From contig CM060734.1 of the NCBI GenBank assembly GCA_030704615.1, positions 2,046,001 through 2,109,736 on the forward strand: 63,736 nt of DNA, read 5' to 3'. The translations under genes were made by a program, and so were the position numbers. The notes under the pieces were generated by a model. That model was not told the DNA's origin, did not search any database, and was given only the letters and a program-made list of their open reading frames with translations. Positions within the stretch are counted from its first letter, which is position 1. The number at the start of each line of letters is the position of its first letter. Of this stretch, positions 1 to 10,776 are shown piece by piece. Source of the stretch: Takakia lepidozioides (Eukaryota; Plantae; Bryophyta).

Positions 1-401
1 CACCCAGGCGCCGTGAAGGTGCCGGAGGACTAAGAGTACCCACAACTACTGTTCAGATGTCTCTAGGGACGTTGGAGGATGACCTTCCAATACAGAATAG
101 AAAGCCGGTTTTAGAGTCCGCCGTGTCCACAACATGTTGGCACATCGCCCGGACGTCCGACACTTCAAGAGTAAAGTGTTGGGCAGTACTTCAGAAACTG
201 GAGTTCCTACTTTTGGTGTTCCATGCCAACTCTGATCAAAGATTTCTGTCAAATCTTTAATCCAGGGATATACCTCAGATCTTTCTCCGTGAATGGAACT
301 GCCCTTCCCTACATGCTTTTCAATGAAGACAAGGTATTGAATTACAGTTCCTTCCGAATTCAATGGCCTGGTTCTCTTTTCTTTGAAGTTTGAATGTCAC
401 A

Positions 402-1820
402 AAACAACCTTGCGTTGACGCAAGGTTGTTTCGAATGTACTGTCCATGTGTGTTTCACCCGTTCACTGTCTGTTTTCCCAACGTTGCAAATCCCACAATC
501 AACCTTGCATCAACGCAAGGTTGGTTCGGGTTGTAGGCCTGTGTCCTTCTAAAGGGTTTTTTCAAACGGTTGAAGCTTATCAAACAACCTTGCGTTGACG
601 CAAGGTTGTTTGAGAGCACAGCCAATGGCTCGTTTTGCCTTCACTCTGAAAATTGCCAGCCCAAGAAACAACCTTGCGTAAACGCAAGGTTAATTTGGGC
701 TACACTCGAGTGTCCGTTTGCATGGTTTCTGGAACTACTAAAGCTCATGAAACAACCTTGCGTTGACGCAAGGTAGTTTGAGAGTCTTGCCAATGTTTGT
801 TTTCTCCTTCAACCCCACAGTTGTATGCCCCATGAAACAACCTTGCGTCAACGCAAGGTTGATTTGGGCTGCTGTTCTTTGTCCTGCACTACAACAGATC
901 GCGGTAATTATGACTGCCAAACCGTGGTAGTCATGGTTTTCTTGACTTTGACCATGACTGCACCATGTTTTTATATGAAATTGACCTCCCGCAGTCGTTC
1001 ATACGACTGTAGTCATATAAACGACTATCTACGTAGTCGTTTGTATGACTACATGGCTCCGAAATGGGCGGAAGGCTGGTCAACGGAAATTGACCAGATT
1101 TAGCTCACCACTATAGTCATTTCCATGAGTACAGTGTACATGGATGAGGTTACATAGTCATGATGACTACTGGGGATTTTATAATTTGGTGTGTATAATA
1201 CAATTAAAACACCACATAATCACATGAATGACTAATGGGTGTATTGGTTAGCAGGTAGTGAACTATAACTCTTATAGTAAAGAGGTTGGAGGTTCAAACT
1301 CCTCTAAATATAATCAAATGGATAAGATGGCCCTAAGGTTAGTAGGCGAGCTAGGGATAGCATGCGACACCTTAGATGGGCTGCCACGTAGTCTTTTTCA
1401 TTATTATAAAATATATTATGTCACGTGGCACAATGCGGTACGACGTGGCGTCTGACATATATTTTTTAAATTGTTTTTTGAAAAAAATAATTAATCAATT
1501 GCGCATCGCCACGTGGCGCGGTAGCGGCGACTGCAGTATGGTATATATGACTGCAGTGAGAGATATCACTTGGTTTATCTGACTGTAGTCATCCGGACCG
1601 TACCATCCTGTACTCATTGTATTCACTTGGTTTGCACGATTTACAGTCATAGAAGTCATATGTACCGTTTATGACTGCAGAATAGTCATATATACAGTCA
1701 TAAATACCGCGATCTGTTGTAGTGTTGTGTCTTGTGTCCTGAGTCCTGGCGAAGTCTGTATTTAACTCCTTTCCCATTGTTGGAAGCCCCACAAACAACC
1801 TTGAGTTAACGCAAGGTTGA
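402..1820. repeat. Array of 22-30 bp palindromes AACCTTGCGT-NN-ACGCAAGGTT (7 copies)
   Basis: Cores start at 406, 501, 586, 670, 754 and 839 (period 84-95 bp). A seventh at 1797 lies beyond the CACTA insertion. Alternate spacers resemble each other. Confidence 0.95.
887..1724. mobile_element. Non-autonomous CACTA element (838 bp)
   Basis: 30-bp TIRs CACTACAACAGATCGCGGTA(A/T)TTATGACTG match 29/30. Subterminal ATGACTAC/GTAGTCAT motifs. 3-bp TSD ctg/ttg with one mismatch. Confidence 0.9.
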
Positions 1821-1948
1821 TTGGGGCTGCAAATGAAGGGTCATTTTCACTTGTCCCAAGGTTGTTTTGGGCCATACAACTGCATGTTTATCTGCAATTG
1901 TGTTCAATACCAGACTTCATGACTGATTGATCTTCCGTTTTCTTATAG

Positions 1949-4900
1949 AGGAAAAGGAAAAGGAAAGAACCTGCCAGAGATGGAGGAGAGGCAGACGATG
2001 AAGATGATGAAGAAGGCGATGACGAGCATTACGCTGACAGAGCAGAGGCTGTTATCGGGGGACAGAAGGTGAACTCTTCGAAGGTCATCCTGTCCATGGA
2101 AATTTCTGGTGGAGACAACTTTATCCCACTGTGCATAATGATATCGATGCCCGCTGTCCGGCCAGCACTCAGAAACGACATAAGGAAACTTAAAAATGAT
2201 TTTGTGCATGGGTATGTGAAGGGTTCTGTGGTGTTCTATGTTTCCACAACTGACACGAAGGGCGAAGAGTGCCCTGTATCAGAAGAGATAGAGGAAGGTT
2301 GGGATGCATGTTGGCGTGAAGTTAACAGGGAGTTCGAGGCCAAACTATCCAAAAAGGCTTCCACGAAAGTTTTCATGGGGAAGATGTTTTTCTTTGGGAT
2401 GGAAATCACCGATTGCTTGCCTGGATGGACTACACATCGGAATTGCACTCTGACGAAAAAGACTGGCACTGGAGCGTTCATTCTATGGTTCTGGATCACA
2501 AAGGACGAATCACACAGCTGCTCACTGCCATGCACGACATCAACAAGTAAGTTTTTCGAAATTGTTGTGCATTATTTGATTGCATTGCTCTGTTTGTGGT
2601 TGTTTTTTTTCTTAATTGGAAAAGTGACTGTTCAATGCAGATCAAACGAAACCTCCCACGTAACAACCAACCTCTGCCACACCCTTTTCCGGGTCCAGAA
2701 GATCGGTATGATGCCACTGGAATTGTTTGCGAACGTGTTGAGTCCAAGTCAAATGAAGAGATGCAGGGAGAAGAAGCTCATCACCTGGTATAGCCTGACA
2801 AGAGAGGCATTTCTTGACTACATGTACACGGTAAAGAAACTTAAACCGAATTGAAATTCAGACTTGTTTGTTCCCTATTTTCATTGGATGTGAACTAAAG
2901 TATCTTATATGTTGGATTGTTTGCAGCAAGAGATAGTGGAGACAGGCTTGAAGGCAAAGGCCGAATACTACGCCACTCACGCAGAGGAGGAGAGGTCAGA
3001 TGTGGGGGTGGCGGAGGCAATCCGGTTTGAGATGGATAACCACAGGAAGAACCTGCTGAGTGCATTTGACAAACAAATCCGTATTGCAGATCCCGGTCTC
3101 GGCTCAGAGTTCCTGGAGCAGGTGAAAGTGCACTACGACAAGTATGGAACTAAACCCGAAATGACACAAGAAAAACTACATCGCCTGTCCATTTCAATGG
3201 TGGACACCGCAACCAAAATCAGATGGTTGGAGATTTGGAACTCGGATCCTATGGTGAAGGATACGTATGGGTTTCCAAGAACAGAAAAAGACCCCAAAAC
3301 CAATGTGGTAAAAGTGGTGAGCGACCACTCCTTTGACCAGTGGCTTCACAAAAGCTACATTCTGGAGCCAGGTGAGAGAAACCACCAATTCATTCTTGCA
3401 ATCTCCATTTTTTCATGATTCCGTGTTGCATAGCTCAATAGCCTCACATTTGCCTTGTTGGAACAGCTGGAGAGGCGTGCTATTTCAGCACTGGGAGAGT
3501 CCTTGACTGACTACAAAATCACAATGACAACACCCAGAATCTCTCTTGAGCAATACATTCAGAGATAGAAAGGTGCTCTATGGAACAACTGTTTCTTCAG
3601 GGAGTTTGAAAGAGACAAAGGCATTTCCAGGTCGAATGAGTTCAAGAATCAGTACAATAGCGAGCAAGCTATGAAGCGAGTCTTGTACAGGTATCATGTT
3701 TCTTCATTGTTTCTTTTCTTGGTTCCGTTTTTCCTCATCGAATCATTCTTATGTTGTTGCAAGGCATGGTTTCGGACTGCCAATGTGAGGCTACATTGAT
3801 CGTCTGCCGTTCCTTTTCCAGACGCAATTTAACCTTGCGTCAACGCAAGGTTGATTCGGGCTAGTGGTTCTGCACTTCTTGCACATATTTTCGTTTTGTA
3901 GTATGGTACTTTTCCAGGCATGTTCCAACCTTGCGTTGACGCAAGGTTGGATGTAAGTCCTGCAGAACAGTATTTTCCGAAATTTCATTGCATGTAGAGG
4001 TACATTTTCCATTCATTCTCTTCTTGTCCACAGTCTCTTCGTTTCAAATTCTGCTTCTAAATATTCATTTTACATACTCATTTCAACCTTGCGTTAACGC
4101 AAGGTTGTTTGAGACTTGATTTTACCTGCAGATTTAAGTTAAATTTCAGAGCAATGTACATCCTTGCTTTGACGCAAGGCTATACTTTGCTCGTAATAGA
4201 CCAATTTTGCGTTATCATTGCTGATATCGGCAATTTGTTGGGATGCCTCAAACAACCTTGCGTCAACGCAAGGTTGATCAAGGTACTTTGTTTTTCCAGC
4301 TTGTATGATTCTGCTGGACAATGGCCTTCACTAAATTGATTATTTGGGTGTGTTTTCCAGGTACATTTACCATGTCCTCATTCCCGGCAAGTACCTCAGT
4401 GATGAATCGGATTTCATTTTCATGTGGGCGGACCCCACTAAGGACAAGACAATGTACACTGCTGGAATCGCGAAGGACTGGGGTAGGGCGCACTTCAGAG
4501 TTTGTGGCTGGTACCTGGACTTGCCCAAACAGGACACACCGTTTGAGGAGGTGGTCATGCGCAACTTCAATGACAATGCAGCTGCTCTTGCACCACTTAG
4601 TGACAAGGAAATTCATGAGAGAATAATTCAAGCCCTCGCAGCAAAGGAGCCGGAGAAAAGTAGCACTCCCAAACGGAAAGGGAAGGGCGCAGGTGATGGG
4701 AAGGGTAAGGGGAAGATTGTGGCTGGGCAGGATCAGACTGTGCAGGACACCGTGGAACGTCAACCCTCTCCAACTCGCAAGGACAAGAGAACTCCTAAAA
4801 CTAAAGAACGGCCTTACGAGGCCAGAGAGCACCCTTCTCGGGTATTGGGTCAGTATGAAAGTGAGGTGATTAACGAGAGTTTCTTGGCAATGATGGAATC

Positions 4901-5407
4901 CAGAAAATCCACATTCAAAGGAGAGAGATCGAAGACTTGGGACATTCTGATTTCTTTCCTCACAAAGGTGCCCACACAAAACTTTTCCTGGTGTGTTTTT
5001 TACTTTGTTCAACATTGTGTTCTGCTCCTAACTAGTCCACTGTTTTTTTTATGTGGAACAGGTCACCAAAAGACCTGAATGGGTGAATGGAAGCCAGCAA
5101 GCATATGCAACAGACCTGGTGGTCCTGGACATTCCAGATGGTGTGCATGTGCCGGATGTCCTCCCATTGAACACAACGCCATCGTGGAACAAGTCAGATG
5201 TCCTTTTCTGGCAGTGGGTTTTTTCCTTCAGTAACAAATTTTGTCTGATGCAGGAGCACTTCTTCTTTTGCAATCAAAAGACATGCTGGCGCGCAGAACC
5301 CTTTTCAGTTACATGAAAGCTTCCGGCTTTAAGGTCATCAAAACATGGACGTGTATCAATACACTTCCACTTTCCAAGGGAGAGTTTCCAGGACAGAGGG
5401 TGAGTTC
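1949..5407 (+). pseudogene. Spliced gene, 5' part: ParB/Srx-like domain + helical middle + N-half of a beta-class N4/N6 DNA methyltransferase
   Basis: GT-AG exons ~1949-2546, 2641-2830, 2927-3371, 3467-3690, 4361-4967, 5062-5407; a possible earlier exon ends at 333. WDGNHRLLAW starts at 2395 after a frameshift. DLVVLDIPDG (motif IV-like, D at 5128), FLSDAGALLL (motif VI-like) and GFKVIKTWTCIN follow. Several frameshifts and a TAG stop. Confidence 0.7.
3831..4275. repeat. Second cluster of the same palindrome (5 copies) in an intron
   Basis: Cores at 3831, 3927, 4085, ~4160 (degenerate) and 4254, all inside intron 3691-4360. Confidence 0.93.
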
Positions 5408-7837
5408 AGGATGGTGGAACATTCTGTTTGTCATGAAACAGAACCAACAGCATCTTAGCAGATCTTTCAAGGAGGAGGTGCTGAAAGCTTTGAGAGGAGA
5501 GGATGTAGCTTGGGCGGAGATGATGTACAATGGTCTGGTGGAGGAGATGAAACGGTTACAAAATACTACTGCCAAGTCCCCGATCATTGTGTCTCGCCCA
5601 ATTATTGCACAAATTATTTTTGATTCTAGCTTGCTTGATGCGCGAGAACGCAAAGTAATGCGGGTGTTTGAGGCAGCCACAACTGCAGTTGAGGAGTAGG
5701 GCTCTTCACAAGGTGAAAGGGGATTGGAGGGGCAGCACCAGTCCAAGAAACAGAAGAGGGACGCAGCTGTAGTGGTAGATCCACTAGCCACAAGGAATCC
5801 ACAAGATGATGTTTTCATAGCTCTTGTGAAGGATGAGGAGCAGCAGCATAGGGGGCTGTTATTGCTGGAAGCACGGCCTTCAATGAGGGAAGAAGAAGTC
5901 ACCTCAGTACCACAACCACCACAGCCAGTTGACCCGGTTGCCCTAGGGGTAACTCAAATTGGATATGCAGTTACACCGGAGCCTCTTACTGTGGAGGGAG
6001 AGGGTTTGGACATCCCCACTACAGAGCAAGTAGTGGCAAAAATTGAGAAGGGTGACCTTCTCTATAAAAACTCTGGCATGGTTGGAGAACCAATAGTACC
6101 AAAGATGCAGAGTCTGCCCAGGGAAATCCCTGATGTGCAGGTTATGCCCAAACCTGTGGCAGAGGTTAAAGGGGTAAAGGACAACGGAACTGCAGCACCT
6201 GTCGAGGAGGAGGTGGCTCAGGAAGAAGATCCTGTGGGATCATGGCCTGACTAGTTTGTGAAACATCAAATTGTGGAGGATCAGGAAGAACAGCAGCAAG
6301 TTCTCCATGAAGACTCACAGCAGGCCATGCTTATGAGTTCCATAAGCAGGACTCTCAACCTATTGGGCACCTATGTCAAGACTCATGTTCCTTCCACACA
6401 ATTGGCAGCTTTGAGGGAGGAGCTCAAGCAAGAGTTTGAGGCAAGAATGGCCACTGAGTGTGCAAATAAGGTGGATGTGGAGGCCAACCTCAAGTTGCAG
6501 AAAGAGTTGGAGGATACTAAATGTGCTCTACAGCTTGCGAAGCAAAACTTGATTGAAGCAGGTCTGGAGCAGGAGAAGTTGCATGAAGTACATAAGCAAC
6601 AACTATACTAGTTGCAGGCTAAGCATGAGGGCAAGCTGCAGGAAGTGCAGTTGTTTTATACAGAGTTGGAAGCAGTTCATCAGCGAATGACCATACAGTG
6701 TGGCACACTAACGACTACTCTGGAGCTGACTGCACTAGAAGTTAAGAACCAAACTGAGAGATGTTTAATGGTGGAGGCTGAGTCAGTGGAGCAGGCGAAA
6801 CTCATTGCTGACATGAAGACTACTATCTGTCGCAATGAGGATACCTTTTAGCAATACAGTTAGGTCGATGCCCAGAAGGACAGGTACATCCTTGAGTTGC
6901 AGCAAACAATCACAGCACGGAAGAATGAGCTTTCTGTGACTAACAAGGCCTGGAAAGAAGCCAATAATCTGTCCGTTGCCTATGCAGCTCTGGTTGAACC
7001 TCATGCAAAGCGCATGGAGACTTTACAGCAACAGTTGGACATGTACAAACTCAAGGAGGAGCAGGATCTTCGTGGCGCTACACAAGAATTGGTGGCTAAT
7101 CATCTTTTGCAAGAGTGGTTAACACAAGGGCTAGTGGAAGGAAAGGCACCAAGAAATCTCACCCAAGATGAGATGAATGATCTCAGGCTACGGGTGTAGA
7201 ATATTTCCACAACCACTATAGATAAAGTCTATAATCGGATAGCCGAGTTGCAAGAGGATGTAGAAGGGCTGCAGACTCAAGTGGATGACTTGAGCTCCAA
7301 CATTGACAAAAAAGCCTTTGTTCCTGAGAAACAGCTGGTGGCCACTTATTTGCACGTGAGGACTCTGATTTTCCAATCTTCATCGCAGGAGGTGCAGGAC
7401 TTGCCAACATCAGGAGGGACAATGGCACCAATATCACAGCAACCACACTAGGTCGCCACTGTTGATACCATGGCACTGCAGCAATTTGAGGTTTGGGGGG
7501 ATGCTTCTTTTAACCCACCTACTACTCCTGCTGCACTTGAGTACAATCGGGCTATGATTATGCCCTTCAACCAAATTCCCATTGTTATGGATTTGGCTTG
7601 GAAAGAATTCAGTCCTCCAGAGTCTTTGACACACTATTACCAGATCATGCGCATTTGGTTGCTAGTGGCAACTCGGACTAAGGTTCTTCCAAATGACTGA
7701 CCCATTGAAGATCACCATTTTGCACGGTACTGGTCTGAGGCAGGCACCATGCTGAAGGAATTAATTGCCTTCTAGATTGTTCATGGGTACATCTCACCAA
7801 GACCAAGGAGGTACCTAGTTTGGTCATGGGTTGTGGA
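5408..7837 (+). mobile_element. Ty3/gypsy accessory coiled-coil ORF, 3' part (degenerate)
   Basis: ILFVMKQNQQHLSRSFKEEVLKALRGEDVAWAE then a long coiled-coil frame broken by many TAG stops. Continues the ORF truncated at 9378 on the minus strand. Confidence 0.6.
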
Positions 7838-8019
7838 CTATCCTATGCGGGGGGTGCTAGTCCGTGAGCGGGAAGATGCGCAAGCGAGAAGATGCCAATC
7901 CATGAGCGAAAAGATGCTCACGCCAGAGGTTGTTGGGGCCCACATCCGCGGACGGTGATAACCAGGGGACCTATTTCCGTGGGAACGAGTGTAAATGTAA
8001 TGCGTACCTCGATGTGAAG

Positions 8020-8245
8020 TTGGATGAACGCTGGATGAATGGTGGATGGAAAATATTGGATGGATATTGGATGGATGAGAAATATGGGTGGGATGGTGGA
8101 TGGATGTTTGTTGGATGTTACATGCATGATGGCTGAGTGTGGGGCGAATGATGGATGATATATGTTGGAACACTGGATGAATGACGGAGTGACAAACTTG
8201 GAATGGTAGAATTTCGGACAGTTGATGGATGGACTTATGTTTTGG
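8020..8245. repeat. TGGA-rich low-complexity tract
   Basis: Many ggatga/tggat units. Confidence 0.7.
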
Positions 8246-8464
8246 ATGCAAGCACAATATACGTATGTGTAAAGTCTGGAAGTATTGTGGACCCACAAAG
8301 ATTGTATGAATGGACTTGGAAGTGAAGATGAAAAATTTTCGTCCAGAAAATGTCTTATGTAGACAATGTTGGGAAGGGAGGCACGCAGTTGAAGGAAGAG
8401 AAGCAATCTCCCCACATTTGATTCCCCAGATATTCCCAAACAGGTGGAACCAATCGGAAAATGT

Positions 8465-9377
8465 CTATGCACTAGTGCTTGTGGTAGCACCAGACTCCGA
8501 CGCACTAATGTCCATAAAGATCCTAGCCCCGCTGTCCACATTTTCCACACGATTGAAGAAAACTAGAGGGGGGAAGTCACAGAGAGTAAACTTCCTAGCG
8601 GCAACCTCCGCATAGCATGGCAACCATAGGGGGGCAGTTGGGCTCGGGAAAAATTCCGGGTTAGCAAAGAATGTGATGCTTCTCCTTGTTTTTGGTATCC
8701 TGCAAAGATTCCCAAAGTTGCAAGCCCAGTAAGCTGAAAGACACGACCGCGGTTGTGACAAAAATGAAGGTCTGAATAAATGAAAAACCCAACATGTCAT
8801 CCAAAACAAACCAGACTTACGTACACTCAAAGTCGGATTCCACGTCGAGGTCTTCATCTGGAAGTTCCCGTTTGTCGAAAACTGGTTCCTTGTGTGGGGC
8901 TGATGCCGAGCCGGAGGTGAATTGTTCAATCTCGCACGAAAAAGCTCGCATCCCCCTCCATGCCGAAGAAAGTGTTACGGCGCTCTTACAAGCATGGAAA
9001 GTTGCACCTGCAAATGCACAAAACGAATGGTCAAAAAACCCAGAATCATTACAAAATTCAAGATTATCGATACGGCAGAGCAGGAGACTTGGCACGGCGA
9101 ACCTGTTCCCAAAGACAAGTCCACCACCCGCCCCCCATGCCGGCTGCAAGTCTCCACAAGAGTCTGCATGAATGCTGGAGATTTCTCCCGAGCACCTCTC
9201 CAAGGGACACCATTTGTCCTTTTGATGGTCCGCCCGGAGTCCACGTAATTGTAGAGGACATCGTCCCCCACAGGCTCGCAGGTGGGGTCGATGTGTGCTG
9301 CAAGGTCTCTCAACTGGAACTCCGCAATACCGGGAGGGAAGGTGTCCTTTCGCATTCCTACGGAAACTCGTATTTTG
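8465..9377 (-). pseudogene. C-terminal half of the same beta-class DNA methyltransferase (motifs X-I-II), displaced by inversion
   Basis: REKSPAFMQTLVETCSRHGGRVVDLSLGTG, intron 9102-9008, then ATFHACKS..(frameshift)RNTFFGMEGD. This resembles the N6_N4_Mtase consensus KP..L...LI...S..GD.VLDPF.GSGTT..AA...GR.FIG.E.D. Last exon ends at TAG 8465. Confidence 0.72.
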
Positions 9378-10776
9378 GAACAGATCCCCTATTTGCAATC
9401 TTGCCCTGTGCTCATCCACGTTCACATTACCAGATGGCAATTCAAACAATTGCTGCAAGTACTGCGGAGTAACCTCTATATCTACTCCCTTCACCTGGGT
9501 AACTCTTTTCTGAGGCTCGAAGTTCTGGATGAATTGGATCATCAATCACCGATGATGCAAATACCACTATTTGCGTAACAACCCCTCCAACCACAGCTGC
9601 ACTGCCTGTGGTGTAGCGATTGTCTGCTTCTGTAGAATCGTCGTGCTCTTCACCCTGAGATCCTCCATCCTTCTAATTCTCTTCATCCCGGACAAACAAA
9701 AAGGCCTTGTTTGGAATAGCTGTAGGAAAGCTTGTAAGGCGTAAAGCATGAAAGTATGGTTGGCACAGAATGGAACAGACAAGTGAGTGTAAGCCTGCGG
9801 GGCTTGCAAGTAGTGAGAGAGAGAAAGTACTTTCAACTTGTCCGTCCTTGCGCCACTGCGTAAGAAGTAGAGCTAGTGTACCTCGGAGCCTTAGCTTCCA
9901 CCCACTTTGTAGTATAATCAGTGGTTGTGATTATATACTTGTTTTGTGTATTCCTGGCTGGTGGATTAATTGGTCTAACAAACCCCATTTCTGGAATGGT
10001 TCAGTAGGCATCGTAGGATGCAAGCCATCTTCCCATATCTTTGCAAAGGTCCTAGCCTCTGACACTCATCACAACTCTTGCAATACTTGTGTACATCCTT
10101 GAACAAAGTAGGCCACCAGTAACCTGCAAGTAGTATTTTCCTACTGGTAGTCTCTTCTCCAAAATGACCTCCAGCCACTCATTTATGAACTTCTTCCAAA
10201 ACTTTATTTACTTCATGGTGGTACAAGCATCGTTTAAGAACTCCATCAGGTCCTAGCTTATACAATCTTCCACCTATCATAGTGTATGGTAAAGCCTTGA
10301 TAGCTATTCTTTTCCTCTGCTCCTTCCCATAACTGGGTGGGCACTGACCATGAGTAAGGTAGTATCTGATTGGCCACTGCCAATCTAACCAATCATCTGC
10401 ACTTCCCTGCACCTTCATTGCAAATAAACTCGCATCAGGCAGTTGGTCGTCTACTCCCGTGGCGGGCTCTCCTGTTGATAACCGTGACAAGTGATCTACC
10501 ACAAGATGCAAACGGCCAGGCTTGTAAACAACTTCAAACTCAAACTCATGCAAGATTATCAACCATCTTGCTATCCTGCCACTTATCAAAGGCTTGTTCA
10601 CCAGATAAATCAAAGCCTGGTGATCCACATAAAACATAACCTTCCTTCCCAATAGGTAATGCCTGAATTTCTTGACTGCATAAATCATTGCCAAAGCTTC
10701 TCTTTCAGTAGTGCTATAGTTCCTCTCAGCACTGTTCAACCAATCTGCTAGCATAGTGCATAGGTAAATCTATGTT
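9378..10776 (-). mobile_element. Ty3/gypsy RNase H + integrase fragment + start of accessory ORF
   Basis: SAERNYSTTEREALAMIYAVKKFRHYLLG; GGHFG..GYWWPTLFKDV...CKSCDECQR (HHCC); TDYTTKWVEA; then IQFIQNF..VKGVDIEVTPQYLQQLFELP. Confidence 0.88.

Noticed and set aside
46-363. 105-aa minus-strand ORF as a gene
   Set aside because: No recognisable motif; the plus strand here may instead be an upstream exon of the ParB-MTase gene.
402-861. True CRISPR array
   Set aside because: Eukaryotic intron context, no cas genes, and alternate spacers are homologous to each other (tandem-duplication origin) rather than unique.
570-1103. Short ORFs with repeated KQPCVDARL peptides
   Set aside because: They are translations of the palindromic repeat and appear on both strands.
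5400-5405. GTGAGT splice donor ending the MTase exon
   Set aside because: After undoing the inversion the frame reads straight through, and the implied intron would be under 30 nt.
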